A DNA stretch of 64,000 nucleotides from assembly GCA_944392275.1 (NCBI GenBank), contig CALXWA010000003.1, positions 31,286 to 95,285 of the forward strand. Reading direction: 5' to 3'. Positions 1 to 10,798 of this stretch are shown here, piece after piece; the stretch's first letter is position 1, and each line of letters opens with the position of its first letter. The notes beneath the pieces are model-generated. The model was not told the DNA's origin. It made no database searches and worked only from the letters and a program-made list of their open reading frames with translations. Source of the stretch: an uncultured Alphaproteobacteria bacterium. GTDB taxonomy: Bacteria > Pseudomonadota > Alphaproteobacteria > RF32 > CAG-239. Position numbers and translations under genes: made by a program.

Positions 1-44
1 TGAATAATCTCTTTTGATTTTGCTGTAAGTTTTTCGTAATCCAT
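1..44 (-). CDS. 5' end of a minus-strand gene running off the window start (MDYEKLTAKSKEII...). It may be a ClpB-like N-terminus; this is unverified.
   Basis: ATG at 42-44 on the minus strand is preceded by AAAGGGG. The reading frame is open to the window edge. Confidence 0.2.
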   Translation of the reverse strand, partial: MDYEKLTAKSKEII

Positions 45-116
45 AGATCTTAATCCCCTTTCCTTCTTTTTAAAAATATAGGAACCGGTTAAATAAAAAA
101 TCAAGTTTTTACAGAA

Positions 117-1268
117 TTATTTTTTGCTTTTAAGGTTGATAACCGTAATTTCAGACGGAGCCAATAATCTCATTGTCGGGCCCCATGTGCCGGCTCCCCG
201 CGATACATACAATTTAACATCATTAACCTTATATTCTCCGGCTAAGTATTTATTGGCGTGAGCGGCTAAGGCATGGAACGGAAAAACTTGTCCGCCATGG
301 GTATGACCGGAAAGCTGCAGACCAAAGTTGACACTGGTAATGTTGTCAACCATATCCGGATTATGCGAAAGTAAAATTTTAAAATTGTCCGGTTGGCTTC
401 CGCGTAGAGCTTTTACAAAATTAACATTAAATGTCGGGTGAAAAATTGCCGTATGATTATCCGGAATACCAGCAACAAAAATATTAGAATCTTTTAACAA
501 AACACCATGATTAAACAGTGTGACTATTCCCATTTTTTTAAACTCAAACAACCACTTTCCCAAACCATTGTAAAATTCGTGATTACCCGAGGAGGAATAA
601 ATCCCTTGCGGAGCTGATAAATTTGACAGAATTTTAAGATGATCCCGCAAAAAATTAACATCATCGTCAATAATATCTCCTGTCATAAAAATAACATCCG
701 GTGTCAGCAGGTTCACCTGATTGACAATATCTTGTAAACGTTGCAAGGATGTAGAACGAGAGATATGCAGATCGGCTAACTGGACAGCTTTTAGGTCTTT
801 TTTGATGCGACTGCTTTCAACCGTAATTTCTTTTACCTCCGGAACTTTTGTCCCTTCCTTGTAGGCATAAAAACTTAAAGCAATGGAAAAGAAAAAGACT
901 AAAACATTTGCATAATCCAAAGCCGTAATGTTTTTCGGATTTAGATTCCACGTATGAATCCTTAACAGCTTTGCTATCCCATAAACGCCGTACCAAATAA
1001 CGTCACGGAGCATAAGCATGGTAAACAAAATAAAAACAAAACCAAATAAAGCGTAGCCACCGGTATATATGCGATTGTATGTTTCCGGTGATATGTTATG
1101 AATATTTCTTAAAACACAAACCAAAACCGGGAAAAACCAGCCGCAACAGATAACGACAGATAACAAAACTTTATAAACCAGTTTAATATTGCTATAGCCT
1201 ACCAATGTTCGGATTGAAATCAAGGAACATGATGCCGCGATAATCAATATACCTATATAAAAGAACAA
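117..1268 (-). CDS. Membrane-anchored calcineurin-like metallophosphoesterase
   Basis: N-terminal hydrophobic segments, then GDIIDDD and GNHEF metallophosphoesterase motifs and GHTHGGQ. Confidence 0.6.
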   Translation of the reverse strand: MFFYIGILIIAASCSLISIRTLVGYSNIKLVYKVLLSVVICCGWFFPVLVCVLRNIHNISPETYNRIYTGGYALFGFVFILFTMLMLRDVIWYGVYGIAKLLRIHTWNLNPKNITALDYANVLVFFFSIALSFYAYKEGTKVPEVKEITVESSRIKKDLKAVQLADLHISRSTSLQRLQDIVNQVNLLTPDVIFMTGDIIDDDVNFLRDHLKILSNLSAPQGIYSSSGNHEFYNGLGKWLFEFKKMGIVTLFNHGVLLKDSNIFVAGIPDNHTAIFHPTFNVNFVKALRGSQPDNFKILLSHNPDMVDNITSVNFGLQLSGHTHGGQVFPFHALAAHANKYLAGEYKVNDVKLYVSRGAGTWGPTMRLLAPSEITVINLKSKK

Positions 1269-1313
1269 CTGTTTTTCTCCATTCTTCGTCCCGCCATAAT
1301 AATATTTTTCTTG

Positions 1314-1892
1314 CTAGACGGAAGCGGCTTCCTGAACTTTTTTGCGGGTACGTGTTTTGGTCATTTTTTTAGCTTCCGGTTTTGTTTCAACAATGCCGGC
1401 ATTGGCACTGCTGATTTCAATTATTTTAAATTCTTTTTTTACGGTCGGTGCCGATGCTCCTTTTGTTTCTTGCATATTATTGTCGCTTAAATCTTCCTTT
1501 TCAGCAATCTTTTTTTCACCAGATTGTGCATTATCTTGCGGTAAAGGTGCGTTCTCCGATGTCATTGTATTGCCCTCCGGGTCAGAAGAAGAGGAGGAAA
1601 CCGCTAGACCATTTTCGTCGGTTTTTGGTCGCATTTGATTTTTTCGTTCATTGATTTCCGTAACGATTTTGCGATAATGCTCTGCATATTGGCGAAAAAC
1701 CTCTGCGTTAACATAATCCCCGTTACTTTGCGAATCTTTTGCCAATTCATTGTAACGTTTAATTAAATCCAGAGCCGTTCCGCTAAACTTTCCGGCAATG
1801 CTGGAGCTATCAAATTTGTAATTTAAGGAAAAAATTTGATTGTTATTGTTATTTCTGTATTTATTATTTTTTTTCATATAGGTAACCAACAA
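1314..1892 (-). CDS. DUF4167-family protein, a conserved alphaproteobacterial protein found downstream of prmC
   Basis: The motif AKDSQSNGDYVNAEVFRQYAEHYRKI matches the DUF4167 core. It sits immediately downstream of prmC, as in other alphaproteobacteria. Confidence 0.5.
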   Translation of the reverse strand: MLVTYMKKNNKYRNNNNNQIFSLNYKFDSSSIAGKFSGTALDLIKRYNELAKDSQSNGDYVNAEVFRQYAEHYRKIVTEINERKNQMRPKTDENGLAVSSSSSDPEGNTMTSENAPLPQDNAQSGEKKIAEKEDLSDNNMQETKGASAPTVKKEFKIIEISSANAGIVETKPEAKKMTKTRTRKKVQEAASV

Positions 1893-2044
1893 ATAGCGTT
1901 CAGACCAACGAATGCTGAACCGTGTTAATACAAGTGCAAAATAAAATTTGTTTCTTGAAAATTAAACCAAGGCAACGCTATAAAAAAACAACAAAAATTG
2001 CCTGATCTGTGGCTAATATTACATAACAAATATTTAAATGCAAA

Positions 2045-2902
2045 CTATTTTTTCAAAATTATACATCTTTCAATTCCGCCATAATCTTTGCGGATTTCAC
2101 ATAGATGAAATTTTTGTTTTTCAAAGATCCGGACAACCTCTTGTGCTTGTCCAATTCCGACTTCCAAAAAAATTTTTCCGCCTTTTTGAAGGGCCTCGTA
2201 AGCTTTAAGTGCAATTTGACGATAATCCTTTAAGCCATCTTTGCCTCCGTCTAAGGCCAGATGCGGATCATGTGCTTTTACTTCTTCTGTTAGAGATAAA
2301 ATATCCGCACTCGGGATATACGGCGGATTAGAAACAATAATATCAAAATCTTTACCCCAGAGATTTACACAACCCTCGTCGAACCAACTGGAGTGCAAAA
2401 ATTTAACCTGTTGCGTTAGACCAAGCTTTGACGCATTTTTTTGTGCGATTTCTAAGGCTGAAACCGAAGCATCTATGGCCACACCTCTTAAATGCGGACA
2501 TTCGGCTAACAAAGATAAAATAATACAACCAGACCCCGTCCCTAAATCTAAAATTTTTTGACAAGGGCGACTTTGTATTTCTTCCAGAGCCGCTTCTACC
2601 AAAATTTCTGTATCCGGACGAGGAGATAAAACATCTTCCGAAACCACAAAATCAAATTTGTAAAAACCGCGACTACCGAAAATTTTATCAAGAGGGAAAT
2701 GTCGACACCGCTTGGCAACAACTTTTTGCAAACTTTCTTCTTGTTGAGCCGTCAGGTCTTTGGTATAGCTTGACAACTCTCCCAACTCTATTTGCAATAA
2801 GGAGGCAATTATGTAGCGAGCTTCCCACCTAGCATCCTCTATGTCGGCCTTTTCCAGCTGGGTTTGTATTTTTTTGATTTGCTCTTCTAACTGAGGATGC
2901 AT
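2045..2902 (-). CDS. prmC: Release factor glutamine N5-methyltransferase PrmC/HemK
   Basis: NPPY motif (VSNPPYIPS) and an SAM-binding DLGTGSGCI segment. Length 285 aa. Confidence 0.85.
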   Translation of the reverse strand: MHPQLEEQIKKIQTQLEKADIEDARWEARYIIASLLQIELGELSSYTKDLTAQQEESLQKVVAKRCRHFPLDKIFGSRGFYKFDFVVSEDVLSPRPDTEILVEAALEEIQSRPCQKILDLGTGSGCIILSLLAECPHLRGVAIDASVSALEIAQKNASKLGLTQQVKFLHSSWFDEGCVNLWGKDFDIIVSNPPYIPSADILSLTEEVKAHDPHLALDGGKDGLKDYRQIALKAYEALQKGGKIFLEVGIGQAQEVVRIFEKQKFHLCEIRKDYGGIERCIILKK

Positions 2903-2970
2903 CTTTTTTTTCCAAAAAAAACAGACTTAAACTTCTTTAAGTCCGTAAAATCTTAAAGTTCTAGAAAACT

Positions 2971-3156
2971 CTAATAAACCCGAGACTCTTCTTTGCTCGG
3001 AGACAACGTTTTGCGTTCAGCCTCTTCTTCCGGATGAAGTAAGGCATAAACTTTTGATAAGCGGTCAGACATCCGTTCACGAAAAGCGACGTAAACCGAT
3101 GCTTCCATCTCGGTTGTTTTAGAGTCGTTTAGCTGTATGCCGTAATCTTCAGGCAT
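2971..3156 (-). CDS. Small acidic hypothetical protein (61 aa)
   Basis: ORF only, lying between prmC and rpoH. No recognisable motif. Confidence 0.25.
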   Translation of the reverse strand: MPEDYGIQLNDSKTTEMEASVYVAFRERMSDRLSKVYALLHPEEEAERKTLSPSKEESRVY

Positions 3157-3202
3157 TTTACTTCCCCCTTATTCTTTTTGGTGTCTTATTATTATATATT
3201 AA

Positions 3203-4093
3203 TTAATTTTTAATTTCAAGCAAAACCATTGTTTTTAATTTATTAAAAGCCTTCTTTTCAATCTGACGAACCCTTTCGCGGCTAATATCAAACTTGGCTC
3301 CGATTTCTTCAAGGGTTATCGGGTTATCCGTTAACATACGATTTTTTACAATGTATTGCTCACGTTCATCCAAACGGCTTAAACACCTTTTTAAGACTTC
3401 GGCTTTGACTTCGGCTTCTTGACGACGAGAAATTTTTCCTTCCAAATCTTGGGTTTTGTCAACAATAAAATCTATTCTTTCGTCTTCATCCTCGTCTGAA
3501 ACCGTTACATTCAGAGACTTATCACCGCCCAGACGACCATTCATCTCGCGGACTTCGCTTTCATCGACAACCAATTCCTTGGCAATTGACTTTACCTCAT
3601 CGGGGGAAAGCTCTTTATTGTCATAAATCCCTAAACGAGCTTTAATACGGTTCAAATTATAAAACAATTTTTTCTGAGCGGCTCGTGTCCCGATTTTTAC
3701 CAAAGACCAAGAACGCAAAATATAATCATTGATTGCGGCTTTAATCCACCAGATGGCATAGGTTGCCAAACGGACTTTTTTAGAAAGATCGAATTTTTTA
3801 ACAGCCTGCATCAAACCGATATTACCTTCCGAAATGATATCTGCCAACGGCAAGCCGTAGCTACGATAAGTAAAGGCAATTTTTGCAGCCAGCCGCAGAT
3901 GAGATGTTACCAAAATTTGAGCAGCTTCCATATTCCCGTTTTGTTGAAAATCCGAAACAAGACGAGTTTCTTCTTCTTCACTCAAGACCGGAAATTTTTT
4001 GATTTGTTCTAGGTAGGAAACTAAGCTGTTATCACTGATGACAGCCGGAAGATTTGATGTTTTTTTAAGGATCAGTTCAGAACCGATAGCCAT
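3203..4093 (-). CDS. rpoH: RNA polymerase sigma-32 heat-shock factor RpoH
   Basis: Sigma-70 region 2 (LRLAAKIAFTYRSYGLPLADIISEGNIGLMQAVKKFD). RpoH box (QKKLFYNLNRIKARL). C-terminal region 4 HTH. Confidence 0.9.
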   Translation of the reverse strand: MAIGSELILKKTSNLPAVISDNSLVSYLEQIKKFPVLSEEEETRLVSDFQQNGNMEAAQILVTSHLRLAAKIAFTYRSYGLPLADIISEGNIGLMQAVKKFDLSKKVRLATYAIWWIKAAINDYILRSWSLVKIGTRAAQKKLFYNLNRIKARLGIYDNKELSPDEVKSIAKELVVDESEVREMNGRLGGDKSLNVTVSDEDEDERIDFIVDKTQDLEGKISRRQEAEVKAEVLKRCLSRLDEREQYIVKNRMLTDNPITLEEIGAKFDISRERVRQIEKKAFNKLKTMVLLEIKN

Positions 4094-4223
4094 TATAATT
4101 CAACCTCTTTTCTCTTCATAAATTGTTTGTGAATCTTTTCTTATTCACTCGCACACGCTTTTCCCGTGCGAAAAAGTATATTAGTCTTTTTAGAGATAAA
4201 TTTCAACTGCTTTTTTAAAAATA

Positions 4224-4745
4224 TTAGTCCGTAAATGTTAGAATATTTTCTTTTTCCGAGGTCGGAATATAGTTGATGATTTCGTATATTATTTGCGGTT
4301 TCTTTTTTATCATTAGCAGATAAACCGTTTTGTTGATAATCGGATTAAAACTTGCACAAAGCCTTAAATCTTCATCTGAGAGACCATCGCCTAATTTATG
4401 CATAATCATTTGCGTTGCGACCTCTCGATTATCCGAAGGTTTAAAATCGGCCAAATCTATTTTGGAAAAATCCATATCTTTTTTTGCAGCCAACGCCCTT
4501 TGCCGCCGGTCAATCGGCGATTTTTGCGGATGGAGTTTTTCATACATGGCGATGACATTTTTAATTTTCAGCTTTAAAACGGCATCGTCACACAAAGGAA
4601 AATTGGGATCTTGTGCTGAATTTAATAATACCGATGAACCTTCCGACCGGCCGGGTGTTACAGGTTCCATTGCTGCTGAACCTTGGGCAAAGGCTACTGC
4701 CATGAAACTAAAATAACACCCTATGAAAACCTGCCGAAACTTCAT
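4224..4745 (-). CDS. Exported hypothetical protein
   Basis: N-terminal signal peptide (MKFRQVFIGCYFSFMAVAFAQGSAA). Starts 12 bp downstream of asnS. No family recognised. Confidence 0.4.
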   Translation of the reverse strand: MKFRQVFIGCYFSFMAVAFAQGSAAMEPVTPGRSEGSSVLLNSAQDPNFPLCDDAVLKLKIKNVIAMYEKLHPQKSPIDRRQRALAAKKDMDFSKIDLADFKPSDNREVATQMIMHKLGDGLSDEDLRLCASFNPIINKTVYLLMIKKKPQIIYEIINYIPTSEKENILTFTD

Positions 4746-4757
4746 CTTTCTTTTCCG

Positions 4758-6146
4758 TTAAAAATTAATGGAATTTGGTGTTCTTGGGAACGGAATAACA
4801 TCACGAATATTGCCGATACCGGTTACAAGCATCATCATACGCTCAAAACCCAAACCGAATCCGGCGTGCGGTACCGTCCCGTAACGTCTGGAATCCAGAT
4901 ACCAATTATAGTCTTCTTCCGTCATTCCCATTTCATGAATCCGTTTAAGAAGAACATCATATCTTTCTTCACGTTGAGAGCCCCCTATTAATTCTCCAAT
5001 TCCTGGAACCAATACATCCATGGCGGCAACGGTTTTTCCGTCATCATTCAAACGCATGTAAAAGGCTTTAATCTCTTTGGGATAATCCCGCACAATTACC
5101 GGACGTTTAAAATGTGTTTCGGCCAAATATCTTTCATGTTCGGTTTGCATATCAATCCCGAATTCGGGGGTATATTCAAACTTATGACCGGATTTTTTCA
5201 TGATATCAATTGCTTCCGCATAAGTTATACGGGCAAATCCTTTTTCTACGATATTGTGTAATTTATCAAACAAACCCGGTTCTACAAAACGGTCAAACAA
5301 CTCTAAATCTTCATGCGAATGTTCCAACAAATGATTGATACAGAATTTAACCATATCTTCGGCCAAATCCATATCATCGTAAATATCGGCAAATGCCATT
5401 TCCGGTTCAATCATCCAAAACTCAGCCGCATGGCGAGTGGTATTAGAGTTTTCTGCACGGAAGGTCGGACCAAACGTATAGATATCGCCTAAACCCATGG
5501 CGTACATTTCACCGTTTAATTGCCCTGAAACCGTTAAGTGAGCCTCTTTGCCAAAAAAGTCTTTGCTGTAATCTACTTTTCCGTCTTTGGTCTTGGGAAT
5601 ATTATTCATATCAAGCGTGGTTACACGGAACATCTCTCCGGCGCCTTCACAATCTGATCCTGTAATCAACGGAGTGTGGACATAACGGAATCCTCTGTCA
5701 TGAAAAAATTTGTGAATTGCATAAGATAATTCCGAACGGACACGGAAAGCCGCCCCGTATTTGTTGGTCCGCGGACGCAAATGGGCAATGGTACGCAAAT
5801 ATTCATCGGTGTGTTTTTTCTTTTGCAGTGGAAAATCATCGGGTGCCAAACCATAGACTTCGATCTTATCGGCAACAATTTCATACTTTTGATTTCCGCC
5901 TTTTGATTCTACCAATTTGCCACTGACGGCCAAGGAAGAACCTGTTGTCACTTTTTTTACTTCTTCATAATTATTGAGGTTATTATTTGCTATAATCTGG
6001 ATATTTTTTAAGCATGAACCGTCATTGAGTTCAATAAACGAAAAATCTTTGGCATCTCTTCTGGTTTTGACCCAACCTTTGACCAAAACTTCGGGAAGTT
6101 CACTTTCCGAGGCAAGGAGTTTTACAATTTTAGTTCTTTTTAACAT
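4758..6146 (-). CDS. asnS: Asparagine--tRNA ligase
   Basis: Near-collinear with E. coli AsnRS, including the [33 protein letters not shown] and IPFPRTP motifs. Length 462 aa. Confidence 0.9.
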   Translation of the reverse strand: MLKRTKIVKLLASESELPEVLVKGWVKTRRDAKDFSFIELNDGSCLKNIQIIANNNLNNYEEVKKVTTGSSLAVSGKLVESKGGNQKYEIVADKIEVYGLAPDDFPLQKKKHTDEYLRTIAHLRPRTNKYGAAFRVRSELSYAIHKFFHDRGFRYVHTPLITGSDCEGAGEMFRVTTLDMNNIPKTKDGKVDYSKDFFGKEAHLTVSGQLNGEMYAMGLGDIYTFGPTFRAENSNTTRHAAEFWMIEPEMAFADIYDDMDLAEDMVKFCINHLLEHSHEDLELFDRFVEPGLFDKLHNIVEKGFARITYAEAIDIMKKSGHKFEYTPEFGIDMQTEHERYLAETHFKRPVIVRDYPKEIKAFYMRLNDDGKTVAAMDVLVPGIGELIGGSQREERYDVLLKRIHEMGMTEEDYNWYLDSRRYGTVPHAGFGLGFERMMMLVTGIGNIRDVIPFPRTPNSINF

Positions 6147-6296
6147 TATTTTTTCCTTAAAAAAGCTTATATCCTATGATTATATTTATAACCGCGTTGA
6201 AATATATTACAACTTTTGTCTCTTGTCCAGAGCATTGACAATTATTACACTATAGAGTAACTATTTTAAATAAAATTAATTTTAGGAGTTAAATCT

Positions 6297-6758
6297 ATGA
6301 AAAAAGCTGTCTTCTTTTTATTTTTTCCTTTGGCTCTGGTTTTGTGCAGTTGCACTTCCAGAATCGGGGCAAACGAATATAGCGTTTCGGGAACCGGACA
6401 AGTTAATCGTGCTTTAAGAGGAACGGTTATCAGTGTCCGCCAAGTTAATGTGGAAAGTGAAAATGGAGCCGGAACTCTCATCGGGGCAGCAGCCGGAGGT
6501 GTTGCCGGTTCTACCATCGGAAGCGGAAGTACGGCGAATATTTTAGGGGCTATCGGCGGTGCTGTTGTCGGCGGAATTGCCGGTGATGCCGCTCAAGGGG
6601 CCTTATCAAAACAAATGGCTTATGAATATGTTATCCAGCTTGATAACGGAAGTTTGGTTACCATTACGCAAGGAACCGACAATTTGCTAACACCGGGACA
6701 AAAATGCATCATTATTTATGGCAATCCATCCCGGGTTATTCCCTATAACGGCATTTAG
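6297..6758 (+). CDS. Glycine-zipper outer-membrane lipoprotein (17-kDa surface antigen-like)
   Basis: Lipobox ALVLCSC. Gly-rich glycine-zipper segment (GAAAGGVAGSTIGSGSTANILGAIGGAVVGGIAG). Confidence 0.6.
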   Translation: MKKAVFFLFFPLALVLCSCTSRIGANEYSVSGTGQVNRALRGTVISVRQVNVESENGAGTLIGAAAGGVAGSTIGSGSTANILGAIGGAVVGGIAGDAAQGALSKQMAYEYVIQLDNGSLVTITQGTDNLLTPGQKCIIIYGNPSRVIPYNGI

Positions 6759-6770
6759 TCAAATAAAAGA

Positions 6771-6802
6771 AAAGCCCCGTCAGATTGGGGCTTTTCTTTT
6801 AT
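6771..6802. terminator. Bidirectional Rho-independent terminator between the lipoprotein gene and the convergent response-regulator gene
   Basis: Hairpin gccccgtcagattggggc flanked by an A-run and a T-run. Confidence 0.6.
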
Positions 6803-7438
6803 TTAAATCAAACCCATTTTTTGGGAAAGGATGACGGCTTGGGTACGATTGGTTGCCCCGACCGATCGCAACAAAGCGTTGATATGTAATTTGACCGTTG
6901 CTTCACTAACGCCCATATTATAGGCTATTTGTTTGTTTGATAAACCTTGGGCAACATAACCCAAAACCTCTGTCTGCCGTGGAGTTAAAATTTTTGATTT
7001 ACGATATTCTTCTTGCGAATCCGAGTATCCGCCGCTATGAGAATCTTCCAAGATTTCCGGCGGAAGGTATGTTCCACCCTCTAAAATCAAGCGGAGGGCT
7101 GAGGTCAAAATTTTGGTATCCGAACGTTTGGAAATGTAACCGCTTATTCCCAATTCTAACGCTTTTTTGATGCTCCGTCGATCTTCACTGGCCGAAATAA
7201 CAACCAACCTGGATTTGGGAGACTTTTGACGAATGGCCTTTAGACCTTCCTCCCATTGAATATCTGCCATGTCTAAATCAACAATAATCAAATCCGGACT
7301 CTGTTGTCCGTCTAAAAACTTAAGTGCTTGAGAAAAATTTCCCGCCTGTGCTATGGAGGCTTGAGGCATCAACTTCTCTATATGCATGCTTAAACCGTCC
7401 CTGAACAAAGCATGATCGTCCGCAATCAGAATTTTCAT
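6803..7438 (-). CDS. LuxR/NarL-family two-component response regulator
   Basis: Receiver domain (MKILIADDHALF...DLIIVDLDM) with a C-terminal LuxR HTH. Start moved to the ATG at 7438, which has a GGGAGAAAAGG RBS; the ORF-track start was 7453. Confidence 0.75.
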   Translation of the reverse strand: MKILIADDHALFRDGLSMHIEKLMPQASIAQAGNFSQALKFLDGQQSPDLIIVDLDMADIQWEEGLKAIRQKSPKSRLVVISASEDRRSIKKALELGISGYISKRSDTKILTSALRLILEGGTYLPPEILEDSHSGGYSDSQEEYRKSKILTPRQTEVLGYVAQGLSNKQIAYNMGVSEATVKLHINALLRSVGATNRTQAVILSQKMGLI

Positions 7439-7562
7439 CCTTTTCTCCCGCATCAGTGTTTTGGTGCTTTTTTATGTCGGTGGAAACATTTTCTTTGACA
7501 TAAACCTTTCGATTAATGCTTATATATAGTCGGTATCTTTTATTTTAAAGGGTTGCCAATCC

Positions 7563-8027
7563 TCATTTTTTTCGGGGCAGATATTTTACCTCCACTCCGG
7601 CTTCTTTGAACATTTGTTCCGAATAACAGAGCTTATCCCGCCAAGTGTTTTGCGGCGTATTGCTGTCAATTTCGACCGCATGGGTTACCACCATCTTTAT
7701 CCCCGATTGGATAATGGCTCGGGCACAATCGGTGCATGGGGCATGCGTTGCATACAATACACACCCTTTTAAGGATGTTCCGGTCAGACAGGCGTTGTAA
7801 ATGGCATTGCGTTCCGCATGCTCAAAAAAGTCATATTTCGTCGGGCGTTCCATCCGTTCCGGTTTATCATCATCAACACCACGAACCAATCCATTGTAAC
7901 CCGTTGCCCGAATTTCTCGATCCGGACCGACAACAACTGCTCCGGTTTTGGTGGAAGGATCTTTTGACCACGATGCAACCAGCTCCGCAACATCCATAAA
8001 TCTTTGATGCCATTTTTCCGAAAACAT
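7563..8027 (-). CDS. dCMP/cytidine deaminase-family zinc enzyme (ComEB-like)
   Basis: HAERNAIYNA (H-x-E) and PCTDCARAI (PC-x-x-C) zinc-binding motifs. Confidence 0.7.
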   Translation of the reverse strand: MFSEKWHQRFMDVAELVASWSKDPSTKTGAVVVGPDREIRATGYNGLVRGVDDDKPERMERPTKYDFFEHAERNAIYNACLTGTSLKGCVLYATHAPCTDCARAIIQSGIKMVVTHAVEIDSNTPQNTWRDKLCYSEQMFKEAGVEVKYLPRKK

Positions 8028-8089
8028 TTTTTTCTCCTGTTTTGTTTTTTATGAGTGTAGCGGGATTATTCTTTTTATACAAGACCTTT

Positions 8090-8131
8090 TTAAAAAGCAA
8101 AAGCCTAAAGACTTTTTTGTCTTTAGGCTTT
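8090..8131 (-). terminator. Rho-independent terminator downstream of the membrane-protein gene
   Basis: Hairpin agcctaaagac/gtctttaggct with a flanking A/T-run. Confidence 0.5.
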
Positions 8132-8134
8132 TGT

Positions 8135-8512
8135 TTAAGATTTTGCCGGAGTATTTGTTAAGACGCGGTGTAGACCGACAATACACAAAACTAATCCTAT
8201 AAAGTCTACGGCAAATCCATACATTTGGCTGTTACAATAGCCTGCTCCCCATATTCCTAAAAAGCCCAAATACGTTAAAATCCATCCGCCACAAATTTTA
8301 ATATTTACCAAGTCCGGATGTGTCTTGTACATTTTTTTGGCCTTTACGTAGGAATAGATACTTTTTACCAACAGTAATGTCGACATTACCATAATGATTG
8401 CTCGTGCACCTTCCTTGTAAATTTTGAAAAAGCACATTACCATGGCAATTACGTTTACAACCGCCATAAAAAAGGCAATCAGATCTAAATACTTTTTGGT
8501 GTTCATATTCAA
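8135..8512 (-). CDS. Small integral membrane protein, hypothetical
   Basis: Four hydrophobic segments. No recognisable motif. Confidence 0.35.
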   Translation of the reverse strand: MNMNTKKYLDLIAFFMAVVNVIAMVMCFFKIYKEGARAIIMVMSTLLLVKSIYSYVKAKKMYKTHPDLVNIKICGGWILTYLGFLGIWGAGYCNSQMYGFAVDFIGLVLCIVGLHRVLTNTPAKS

Positions 8513-8663
8513 TAATTTTTAAATAAATAATTTTTGCTGTTTTTTAATTTACTATTTTTTTGTATTTTTGTCAAAAGAAAATATTTAAAACAAAGAGTCT
8601 TTCTCTTGACATTCGGCTTAAAATATCCCACTTTATAGCCAGTGCATTTATATAATTTATTAG

Positions 8664-9950
<1,287 letters not shown>

Positions 9951-9965
9951 TTTACCACATCTTAT

Positions 9966-10000
9966 ACAAAAAAGCCGTCTTTTTAGGCGGCTTTTTTTAT
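9966..10000. terminator. Bidirectional terminator between eno and the convergent ORF222
   Basis: Hairpin agccgtc-ttttt-aggcggct followed by TTTTTTT. Confidence 0.6.
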
Positions 10001-10034
10001 AACTTTTTTTAACACTCTTGGTTTGGCGTTATTG

Positions 10035-10703
10035 TTAAATTCTTCCTGTTTGCTTTTGTTGCATCTTATTTAAGGACATAGTTTTTTTCCTGGCCTCTAT
10101 TAATGCTCGAGAACGAAGTAAATGCTCGGGAGGTTGCGTACAATCAATTTGCAAAATTTGATTGCGGGCATGCTTGTCTAAATCTTTTGGATCCGGTGCT
10201 CGCCAATAACCACTCCCGCCGTTTAGGATGCTCTTATCTTTTCCATCAACCGAGCAGCCCGTAATCTCAACACTATAATCTTTGGCGTTTAGAACATTTT
10301 TCCATTGCTCTATGGTTGCTACTCCGTCAAAAATTATCGGGTCAAAGACATAGGTTTCTTTGCCGGATTGGATACACATTGCAACATGATAATTATGCCA
10401 ACCGACTTCTTGATATTCTGTCATGTTTTCTGTTGGACGAATAAGGGTAATGGCATAATTTTCATCGGAGGGATGAATGGTAATCGGACTATCTTTAGGA
10501 AATTCTCGTTTTGATGATTGCAGACACCATGCTTTCAGCGGAACTAAGCCGGCCTCTTTTGCTTTTTTGGCCAAACCGTGGGCAAAGGCATAGCAACATT
10601 GGTTGCGATATTGATATTCTCGCTTGGGGAAAAGTTCCTCTTTCCAGCGACTGAACATTTTATTGAGTTCTAATATTTTATCGGCTTCTGTTTTCATCTT
10701 CAA
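10035..10703 (-). CDS. Hypothetical protein with a papain/transglutaminase-like Cys-His-Asp arrangement (putative cysteine peptidase or deamidase fold)
   Basis: NQCCYAF (Gln then Cys then an aromatic), ~66 residues later GWHNYHVAM, then FDPIIFD. Basic C-terminal tail. No signal peptide. The family assignment is inference only. Confidence 0.4.
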   Translation of the reverse strand: MKMKTEADKILELNKMFSRWKEELFPKREYQYRNQCCYAFAHGLAKKAKEAGLVPLKAWCLQSSKREFPKDSPITIHPSDENYAITLIRPTENMTEYQEVGWHNYHVAMCIQSGKETYVFDPIIFDGVATIEQWKNVLNAKDYSVEITGCSVDGKDKSILNGGSGYWRAPDPKDLDKHARNQILQIDCTQPPEHLLRSRALIEARKKTMSLNKMQQKQTGRI

Positions 10704-10764
10704 CTTCCTGTCTTTTCTTTTTATTCTACCACATTTTTTTGAATTTGTATTGTCTTTTTTGCCA

Positions 10765-10792
10765 ATAAAAAAAGCCCCTCATTTCAAGGGGC
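10765..10792 (-). terminator. Rho-independent terminator of valS
   Basis: Hairpin gcccctcatttcaaggggc followed on the minus strand by UUUUUUUAUU. Confidence 0.65.
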
Positions 10793-10798
10793 TGTGGG

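Noticed and set aside
1342-1654. Two plus-strand ORFs (98 and 68 aa) opposite the DUF4167 gene
   Set aside because: They are fully embedded antisense in a conserved coding gene. Their hydrophobic and low-complexity translations are typical of antisense frames.
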